Assembly: GCA_041552135.1 (NCBI GenBank)
Contig: JBFELL010000001.1
Location: 1 to 49,362, forward strand
Reading direction: 5' to 3'
DNA length: 49,362 bases
From: Gammaproteobacteria bacterium
GTDB lineage: Bacteria; Pseudomonadota; Gammaproteobacteria; UBA9214
The notes below the pieces were generated by a model. That model did not search any database. It was not told where the DNA came from and saw nothing but the letters and a program-made list of their open reading frames with translations. Both the position numbers and the translations under genes were made by a program. Of the stretch, positions 8,394 through 16,046 are shown one piece after another (within the stretch, counting starts at the first letter, position 1; every line of letters starts with the position of its first letter).

Positions 8394-9548
8394 CTATGCA
8401 TAACCAGCCTGACGGTTGATGCGATCGGCAATCTGGCGCTCACCTTCCGAGGCGAACTCCTCATCCCACTTCGCGAGTTCTTTCTTGTAGTACGCGTGGA
8501 ACAGAGGTGGCACCAGTGCCAGGGCAAACAGGGTGAAATAACCCCAGCCGACATCCGGCGCACCCACATCGTCCAGCTCCCAGAAGTGCGTTTCACCGCG
8601 GTCGTGGTGGTCAGCCTGACGGCCGATTTCAATGAAGAACCAGCTCGTGAACATCGTTGCGTTGTCCCATGAATGCCGGTAATCGATCGGCTGGCCTTTC
8701 TCCCGAATGAGACCGTAATGCTCGAGGTAGTTGAGCGTTTCCAGCTCGAAATTCGAGATGAACCAGACGATGGCGAGGCAGCCGATGCCGATCCAGCCAC
8801 CGGCAAACCAGAACAGCAGCAGGGTCGGCAGGCTCATGGCATAGCCACGCAACCAGCGGTTCTCCCAGGTCAGGAACGGCTTGCCAAGACGCTGCAGGCG
8901 CTGCTGCTCCATGCGGTAGAGAAAACGCGACTGCCCGATACCCGCCAGCGGGTAGTGGCGATAGAGGCTGCGACCACGCGGCGATGTCGCCGGATCGTCC
9001 TCATGTGCCAGCTCCAGGTGGTGGTTGTAGACGTGCGCGTAACTGAAATGGGCCTTGCCGCTCAGCGCCATCATCATGCGCGAGATAACGAAGGTAAAGC
9101 CCTTGGTATGGCTCAGCTCGTGACCGTAAATAATACCGATACCGGCAAAAATACCGCTCGAAATTGCTGCCCCCACCAGATTCAATCCGCTGATACCATT
9201 CTGGTATGGCAGGATACCGAACAGCATGTGATCGAAGCCGGCACTTATCGGCACACCATTGACATACTGGAAGATGCGCCAGGCCAGTGCCACCTGCAGC
9301 AGGACGAAAACGCCAAGCATGGTGTACATCACGGTATTCTGCAGCCATGGAATGCCGTTGGTTTCGCCATTTTCATCCACACCGGCACCGGTTGTATGGA
9401 AACGGAGCATGGTATCTATGACGATACCAACACCCAGCAACATCAGACCTACCCAGGAGAACATGCCGCCCGCCAACACACCGAGCATCGCAACGATGAT
9501 CAGGATTGGTGCGAACCAGTACCTGGCATTGATTAACAGTTTTTTCAT
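8394..9548 (-). CDS. Integral-membrane di-iron hydroxylase, AlkB/XylM family
   Basis: 384 aa with several TM helices. His boxes are HELSHTK, HVYNHH followed by DDPATS, NYLEHYGL and ADHH. GAGGTGA ribosome-binding site. Confidence 0.9.
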   Translation of the reverse strand: MKKLLINARYWFAPILIIVAMLGVLAGGMFSWVGLMLLGVGIVIDTMLRFHTTGAGVDENGETNGIPWLQNTVMYTMLGVFVLLQVALAWRIFQYVNGVPISAGFDHMLFGILPYQNGISGLNLVGAAISSGIFAGIGIIYGHELSHTKGFTFVISRMMMALSGKAHFSYAHVYNHHLELAHEDDPATSPRGRSLYRHYPLAGIGQSRFLYRMEQQRLQRLGKPFLTWENRWLRGYAMSLPTLLLFWFAGGWIGIGCLAIVWFISNFELETLNYLEHYGLIREKGQPIDYRHSWDNATMFTSWFFIEIGRQADHHDRGETHFWELDDVGAPDVGWGYFTLFALALVPPLFHAYYKKELAKWDEEFASEGERQIADRINRQAGYA

Positions 9549-9748
9549 CTAGATCACCTCGTTACAGATTGTATCTTGATGGCTTTTCCGCCGCCCAGGC
9601 CGGATCCCGATTGCGTGCCCACCTGCCGTTTGGAGTTTGTGTGCTGACCCGGACCAGATATTCGGTTGCCTGATCCCGGGGTCATCGCCTCCGGTCACGA
9701 CCTGCAAGCGACTACAAAGGTATACCCGGTCAGAGGGACGGTAAATCC

Positions 9749-9824
9749 GTATTACTACGTGATCTGGGGAAGGTGCGTGTTGCCGGATGCGGCAATGGCC
9801 GGGGGGGTACCGGTATTTCTACGT
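9749..9824. promoter_or_regulatory. Two direct copies of GTATT(A/T)CTACGT upstream of the hydroxylase gene (candidate operator, weak)
   Basis: Copies at 9749-9760 and 9813-9824, 64 bp apart. They are AT-rich islands in a GC-rich spacer. Confidence 0.2.
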
Positions 9825-9913
9825 ATATACAGCGGCCGGATTCGAGGATTGCTGCTTTAGTGCAGGCAGGGAGACGGGCCACACGATACATGGCCCCGGG
9901 ACGGCCGGCAACC

Positions 9914-10540
9914 TCAGTCGCTTTCGGCCAGCATAACGACACGTACGATATCGGACAAGGTGCTGGCTTTCAGCTTTTCCATAATACTTGCCCGGTGCCA
10001 CTCAACGGTACGGAAACTGATCGACAGGTCGTTGGCTATCTGCTTGTTGCGCTTGCCGGCGACAAGGCCTTCCATGACCTGGCGTTCTCTTGGCGTGAGA
10101 CGGGCCATGTTCTCCACGGCCTGCCTGCGCAGGTCTGTTTTCTGACGGACCCTTTTTTCGCTATTGAGGCACTCGTGGATGCGGGCCAGTAATTCTTCAC
10201 TGTCAAACGGTTTTTCCACGAAGTCACAGGCGCCGCCCTTCATGACACGCACAGCGGTAGGCACATCGGCGTGTCCGGTGATAACAATAATGGGAAGATC
10301 AACCTGCCTTTCGCGCAGCGCGTCCTGCAGCTCCGGGCCGCTCATGTCCGGCATGCAGACATCAAGCAACAGGCAGCCGGGGCCGAGCGTATCAACACTT
10401 TCCAGAAACGCCTGTGCCGTTTCGAAGCAGCAGGAATTCAGCCCTTCCGACTTGACAAGCATCCTCAGGCCTTTGCGTACAGGCTCCTCGTCATCCACGA
10501 TATAGACGGTCTGGTTCGTGTCAGGTGCATTATCACTCAC
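9914..10540 (-). CDS. Response regulator, FixJ/NarL (LuxR-type HTH) family
   Basis: Receiver motifs VYIVDDEEPVR, LLLDVCMPDMSG and FVEKP, plus the HTH LTPRERQVMEGLVAGKRNKQIANDLSISFRTVEWHR. GTG 10540 overlaps the kinase stop by 8 nt. The rest of ORF 9914..10690 lies inside the kinase gene. Confidence 0.9.
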   Translation of the reverse strand: MSDNAPDTNQTVYIVDDEEPVRKGLRMLVKSEGLNSCCFETAQAFLESVDTLGPGCLLLDVCMPDMSGPELQDALRERQVDLPIIVITGHADVPTAVRVMKGGACDFVEKPFDSEELLARIHECLNSEKRVRQKTDLRRQAVENMARLTPRERQVMEGLVAGKRNKQIANDLSISFRTVEWHRASIMEKLKASTLSDIVRVVMLAESD

Positions 10541-12575
10541 GGCCGGATACCGGTAGCGTAAAACCGAAGATCGCCCCGCCCTGGGCATTGTTATCGGCCT
10601 CGAGCTTGCCGCCGTGGGCATCGATAATGGAGCGCGTAATGGCCAGCCCCATGCCCATGCCATCGGGCTTGGTGGTGAAGAAGGGGTCAAATACCTTCGC
10701 TATCAGCTCCTTGCTGATACCCGGCCCCGAATCACTAACCGTCACCCTGATGAACTTCGGGTCCGCTATGGTCGTACGTATGGTCAGTCTGCGACGCTTT
10801 TGTTTGTTGGCCTGCATGGCCTCGATCGCGTTGTGGACCAGATTGAGGACAACCTGCTCCAGCAGGACCCTGTCCCCGGTTATGTCTGGCAGCGGTTCAG
10901 ACAAATCGAGCTTTATCGGCAGACTGAACCAGCGTGCCTCGATATCTATCAGCGGTATGACGGTACGGATTAGCTCATTCACAACGACACGCGAGTGCTG
11001 CACGTCTTCATTACGCACGAAGTTGCGCAGGCGAATCACAATTTCGCGTGCCCGGGACGCCTGCTGGGATATGTCTGCCAGCGACTCCTCTATGTCGTCA
11101 TGCCCCGCGGCCCCTGCCTTGAACAGTTTCAGGCAGCCGGTACTCAAACCGGCAATCGCCGCCAGCGGCTGTGCAAGCTCATGGGCGATCTGGCTGCTCA
11201 ACTCACCCATGGTGGTGACCCGCGACACATGCGCCAGCTCCAGCATGTGCTTTTTCTCTCTTTCCTCAATCTGCTTGCGTTCCGTAATGTCGGTAAATAT
11301 TCCAAGGCAGCCCAGATAGCCTTCATCCGGATCGTATATCCGCTTGGGCGAGGTGAGTGTGATTATCTTGCGACCATCCTTGGTGACCCACGCCGTTTCG
11401 TAGCGCTTGATCGGGTTGTCTGCCGGAGCGGACATTCTCTCGCCCATTTCAGTCTTGTCTTCCTGGTGCACGAATTCGAGCAAATGACGACCGACAACCT
11501 CCTCGCTTGAATAGCCGAAGATGCGGCTGAAGCTCTCGTTCACATAGGTGATGACGTGCTGCTCATCGGTCAGCGCAAGCGCCTCGCTCATGGTCTGGAC
11601 GAGTTCGCGGTAGCGCCGTTCACTCACCCTCAGGGCATCCTCCACCTCGAGGCGTTCCTTTTCTGCGGAAACGCGACCGGTGACGTCCTGCAGGATAAGG
11701 GTTGCCCCGAGCTGCCCTGTGCGATCGACCAGCGATGAAGCGACAACCTCCACATACCGATTCGATCCCACCGACTCGCTGACATCGACGACAGCCGGTG
11801 CCGGTCGTTTTGAAGGTGCGACGCAGCGGGCGACGAGCTCATGCAGCTTGCTCGATTCGGTACGGGAGAAGATGGAGCCGAGCGTGACCCCCAGCGCGTC
11901 GCGCTCGGTTATGTTCAGCATCTGCCCGGCATAGCGGTTCATACCGAGGATGACGCCCTGCACATCCACATTCAGAACACCGATCGGCGCATTGTCCAGC
12001 AGGCGGTCAAGGTAGCGTGAGACCGGGGGCTTTCCGGTATGGATATCCCTCATGCGACTCTGCGAGGCGGCGATAACACCGCTATAGCTGCGGCGTTTCT
12101 GTACGCGCAAAACAGCCTCGCCCAGCGCGTTCGCGAGTTCATCCATGTGATCGACCGGCCACGGCGTTACGTCGCTGCCGATAAACGGCGAGAACCTGAG
12201 CACCTGCCTGAGCCGCTCGTGGCGCTCCGGCTCGGTGAGTATCATCACCGGAAGGTCGTTTCCGGCAGATTTGATGCGCTGTGCCAGCCTGACCGGTTCC
12301 CTCACCCTGAGACCCAGCACCACGACATCCAGCTGCTCGAGTTCATCCAGCAACTGCTGTGTATCGGTCATGCGGTCGAAACTGATCCGGCCAGCGAGTT
12401 GCGCTGCAAGTTCCTCGCCTGTGTCGGCATCCACTTCCAAAAGTGCGACATGGCCCGAACGCTGATCCGGATCAGCGCTGCCTGCAGTCGGCGCAGCCGG
12501 TGTACTGGCGGGCTGTTCCCCTGTGTTGTGGCTGGAGACGACACTCAGCCGGGGGGTATGTTTTTCAGTGGCCAT
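10533..12575 (-). CDS. Soluble sensor histidine kinase with receiver-like N-terminus and two PAS segments
   Basis: H-box SQIAHELAQPLAAI and ATPase boxes LVHNAIEAM, DSGPGI and GMGMGLAI. Has PAS-like repeats and no TM segment. Confidence 0.9.
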   Translation of the reverse strand: MATEKHTPRLSVVSSHNTGEQPASTPAAPTAGSADPDQRSGHVALLEVDADTGEELAAQLAGRISFDRMTDTQQLLDELEQLDVVVLGLRVREPVRLAQRIKSAGNDLPVMILTEPERHERLRQVLRFSPFIGSDVTPWPVDHMDELANALGEAVLRVQKRRSYSGVIAASQSRMRDIHTGKPPVSRYLDRLLDNAPIGVLNVDVQGVILGMNRYAGQMLNITERDALGVTLGSIFSRTESSKLHELVARCVAPSKRPAPAVVDVSESVGSNRYVEVVASSLVDRTGQLGATLILQDVTGRVSAEKERLEVEDALRVSERRYRELVQTMSEALALTDEQHVITYVNESFSRIFGYSSEEVVGRHLLEFVHQEDKTEMGERMSAPADNPIKRYETAWVTKDGRKIITLTSPKRIYDPDEGYLGCLGIFTDITERKQIEEREKKHMLELAHVSRVTTMGELSSQIAHELAQPLAAIAGLSTGCLKLFKAGAAGHDDIEESLADISQQASRAREIVIRLRNFVRNEDVQHSRVVVNELIRTVIPLIDIEARWFSLPIKLDLSEPLPDITGDRVLLEQVVLNLVHNAIEAMQANKQKRRRLTIRTTIADPKFIRVTVSDSGPGISKELIAKVFDPFFTTKPDGMGMGLAITRSIIDAHGGKLEADNNAQGGAIFGFTLPVSGRE

Positions 12576-12580
12576 GTGCC

Positions 12581-13777
12581 CTAGCTCAGAATCGGTTGAC
12601 CCAGCAGCGCCCGCCCGGTCCAGATGCGCAATATATCAGTCGTCGGCGCCATGACGTGGGCAGCGCGGGCATCGCGTAACAGTTTATGCAACACGGATTC
12701 CTGCCGATAGCCGATGCCCCCGGTCAGCGTCATGACCTCGTTGACCATATTGACGGCACACTCGGCGACCTCGGCCTTGGTCGTGAACACCGCCGGCAAT
12801 GCGTCAGGATCACCGGCATCGAAGGATGCCGCCGCGTGGTACGTCAGGCGGCGCGTGCGCTCCAGCATCCCCCAGAGGCAGCCCATACGATGCTGGAGCA
12901 CGGGCAACTGCGCAAGGCCCGAGCCGGTTTCCGAGTACTGGCGATGGATCAGATGTTCGCGCGCCTCTTCCAGCGCGGCGCTGGCTATGCCAAGGTAGGT
13001 GCCGGACATGGCCATGAGAAAATATGGCGCTACGACCTGGAATACGTACCAGATATGGTCACCCTCTTCTCCCAGGAGGTTCTTGCTTGGCACCAGTACG
13101 CTGTCCAGCGCCAGGGCGCATGACGAGTTGCCTCGCATGCCGAGGCCCTTCCACGGATCGCCCCATTTGAGACCCTCGGCACCCTGCTCGACCACGATGC
13201 AGGAGAACTGTCCCAGCGGCGCCTCGGGATCGGCGGCGACGGTTGAAACCACATAGGAATCCGCATACCCGCCGTTGGTGACAAAAGTCTTTGTCCCGGT
13301 GAGCCGGTAGGACTCGGGCGACACCGCTTCCAGCCTGGTTTGCGGGATATAAAAGTGAGAGCCGGTACCGGCCTCACTGAGGGACAGCGTCGTCAGGTGC
13401 CGCCCCTCGACAATCGGTTCCAGGTAGCGGGTGCACTGGTCGGGCGTGGCCTTGGCGGCCAGTACCGCGGCACCCACGCAGTGCATGCCGAAGCACATGG
13501 CGGTAGAGGCACACTCCTGGCCGAGCGCTTCGCAAACCATGGTGAGGCCGAAGGATCCCTGGCCAAGCCCGCCGTATTCGGCCGGTATGGTGAGCCCGCC
13601 AAGACCGGCCTGCTGCAGGGCGCGCAGCCCCTGCTCCGGCCATTCGGCGTTGCTGTCAATCCGCTCCGCGTTCGGTGCCACGATATCGTTGGCGATATCG
13701 CGTACCCGCTCCAGAATGGTATCCAGATCCATGGGGTAGAAATGTGTATCCGGCACCCCCCGGTCTGTTGGCAGCAT
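12581..13777 (-). CDS. Acyl-CoA dehydrogenase-fold flavoprotein
   Basis: 398 aa with the ACAD layout and C-terminal GGIGY...LLRDARAAHVMAPTTD. Its stop is 5 nt before the kinase start. Confidence 0.85.
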   Translation of the reverse strand: MLPTDRGVPDTHFYPMDLDTILERVRDIANDIVAPNAERIDSNAEWPEQGLRALQQAGLGGLTIPAEYGGLGQGSFGLTMVCEALGQECASTAMCFGMHCVGAAVLAAKATPDQCTRYLEPIVEGRHLTTLSLSEAGTGSHFYIPQTRLEAVSPESYRLTGTKTFVTNGGYADSYVVSTVAADPEAPLGQFSCIVVEQGAEGLKWGDPWKGLGMRGNSSCALALDSVLVPSKNLLGEEGDHIWYVFQVVAPYFLMAMSGTYLGIASAALEEAREHLIHRQYSETGSGLAQLPVLQHRMGCLWGMLERTRRLTYHAAASFDAGDPDALPAVFTTKAEVAECAVNMVNEVMTLTGGIGYRQESVLHKLLRDARAAHVMAPTTDILRIWTGRALLGQPILS

Positions 13778-14789
13778 ATTGACCCCTCCAGGCTACAGTT
13801 GCCGTGTGTAATGGATTGTTTTTTTCAAGTCACTGGATTTCGCGAAACCGGCAACGCAGTGCCGTACCAGCCAGTGATGTTTACCATTTATTCTACGCCT
13901 GTCAGGGATGAATGGATTCACCCGCTGGCGCTTTCTGATCCCGGACCGACAGGCGCTGACTATGTGGCCAGTGTGCCTCACATAATACAATATTCGTACC
14001 AATGCAACAGGCAACGCGGATATTACGAAAGCCCCTGGAACTGCTAACCTGGAAAGGCATTGATATTCCGGATGCAAGGGGTAAAAGCCGGTCCCCGCTG
14101 AATGTCTCAATATTAGAGCATTGTGCCACAAAAACAGTACATCCGGTCTGGCGTCCCCGACAGGAGATCCCTGAATCCCCCGCCTTCGGGCCGTGGATCA
14201 GAAGACAGGGGAAGGCGCTTCTGTAACCTACCCGGGATGTGCAAAGGCGTATACCTTCTCCCTGCGGGACGACGCCATGGATGCAGGAGGCAGGGCACCG
14301 GAAGTCGGCGCTTCAGGCGATGCAGGGAGCCATTGCCGAGTGGGCCAGGATGAGGGGACAGGCATCAGCAAGCGCCGCTTTTTACGGGGTCCCCTCTCCC
14401 CGACCCGCCATACCCGGCCTTGATTGCGGTATCCTGGCGCGCCACCCGGCGTTGACAGCCCGGCCGCTTTGCTCTGCTCACCGGCATCCGGCAGCTGTCA
14501 TGAACCAGGGCGACTGCCCTCTACCCGCATTAACCGCCCCCCGTTCGATGGACCGCTGCGCAGGCCCGCTGTCCCGGGTTCCCGGGAATGCTGCCCGTAG
14601 CTCTCGCGACATGCCGGCATTCCCCAGCGGTATGAAGAATGCGGATTTCTGCAGGTAACTCCCGATATCCGGACCTCGCCGCGACGAGCCATTCTCACGG
14701 AACTGCTCAGCCTGCTTTGCCTGGCAAATACCCCGGGATGGTTGTGGCAGTGGCGGCATGGTCGGGGCAAGCGGGTGCAAGTCGTGACC

Positions 14790-15887
14790 TCATTTTCGTA
14801 TCCCGCCGACATGACTTGAATCCAGAAACCTGTCAGAAAATATCCTGTCATCCGCAAGGCCGCTGTGCGCGAGTTTTTCTACTGCTGCATCGACCATTTC
14901 AGGTGGTCCGGACAGGTATGCCTGGCACGACGAAAGGTCCAGGTGAAGGTCCTCGATGTGGTCGGTCACGAGCCCCCCGAGGCCATTCCAGTCGCCCGCC
15001 TCCGGTTCGTTTGCAAGCACAGGGATAAATTCAAACGAATGCTTTTTCGACCACTTGCCTTTCAGGCGCTGCAGCTTATCCAGGTAAAAAAGGTCTTCCC
15101 GGCTGCGTGCCCCGAACAGAAAAACAGCATCGCGCTCCACCCGGTTGTTACAGGCGTGTTCGAGCAGGGCATTGATCGAACTCATTCCGCTGCCACCCGC
15201 AATACACAGGATCGGACCCCTGCCCTCTCGCAGGTAAAACGACCCGTAAGGCCCGCTCAGCCTGATTTTCTCGCCGGTGCGGTCCTGCGAGTGAAACCAC
15301 CCGGACATTTCCCCGCCCGGGACATGTCGTATGAGAAAGGTGACTTCACCACGCCTTTCGTTTTCTCTGGCAGTTGCGAAAGAGTACGAGCGCGGTTGCG
15401 GGATCCCGGTGACGCCGATATCTGCAAACTGACCGGCGACATAGGGGGCGCATTTTTCACACGGATCCCCGGTCCGTGGCAGGGATTTATCCAGTCGTAC
15501 AGCGATTTCGAGTATGTCCGGCGTGAGCTTCGCGTAACGTATGACCGTACCTTCACAGGAAGTACAGCCGAGTGTCCTTTCATCGGATAGCAGATCAACC
15601 CGGATGAGCGCGGGAGTTCTGGGTAGCGCGGAACAGGCAAGTATTACACCCTCTCCCAGCTCGTCATCATTCAGTGTGTATGAGAAATCGGTTTGCTCCT
15701 TGATCTCCCCTGACACCAGCCGTGTCCTGCATTTCCCGCAGGTGCCCCGGCGACAGTCATGCGGATACTGCAGACCGGCTTCAAGTGCCGCTTGCAATAT
15801 TGTCTGACCGGGGTCGACCTGGATCACATAACCCGAGGGCAGGACCTTGACGGTATGGGCCTGCTTCTTTTTGCCAAAAAGGATCAT
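14790..15887 (-). CDS. 2Fe-2S ferredoxin / FAD / NAD(P)H oxidoreductase, copy 2
   Basis: Contains CRRGTCGKCRT...ILACSA, PRSYSFA and IAGGSGMSS. The start is set at ATG 15887 (MILFGKKKQ) by alignment with copy 1 (MLGLLKKRKQ). An upstream GTG at 15941 is also possible. Confidence 0.85.
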   Translation of the reverse strand: MILFGKKKQAHTVKVLPSGYVIQVDPGQTILQAALEAGLQYPHDCRRGTCGKCRTRLVSGEIKEQTDFSYTLNDDELGEGVILACSALPRTPALIRVDLLSDERTLGCTSCEGTVIRYAKLTPDILEIAVRLDKSLPRTGDPCEKCAPYVAGQFADIGVTGIPQPRSYSFATARENERRGEVTFLIRHVPGGEMSGWFHSQDRTGEKIRLSGPYGSFYLREGRGPILCIAGGSGMSSINALLEHACNNRVERDAVFLFGARSREDLFYLDKLQRLKGKWSKKHSFEFIPVLANEPEAGDWNGLGGLVTDHIEDLHLDLSSCQAYLSGPPEMVDAAVEKLAHSGLADDRIFSDRFLDSSHVGGIRK

Positions 15888-16046
15888 CCTGGAAGGATAT
15901 ACCAGTTTTGATGTGCGCCGGGGCGATGCCGGTCTTTTCACGCGTCGACGGGGCTTCCGCTACCGGCAACAAGCACGGTGCACGTCATTGCATGCCCGGA
16001 AAGCCCCGGTGAAAGCACATTTTGCCGCTGTGCCTGCACATCAGAT

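Noticed and set aside
8673-9536. 287-aa plus-strand ORF (similar cases: 10525..11319, 39240..40112, 41434..42285)
   Set aside because: These are antisense shadows of the AlkB-family gene, the kinase, the phosphatase-family gene and the LplT-Aas gene respectively.
14080-14400. Cobalamin riboswitch, looked for because a B12-dependent mutase is nearby and the region is GC-rich and stem-rich
   Set aside because: I could not find the GGTG..AA.TCC or GCCACTG (B12-box) core elements. The segment is also not upstream of a cobalamin-related gene.
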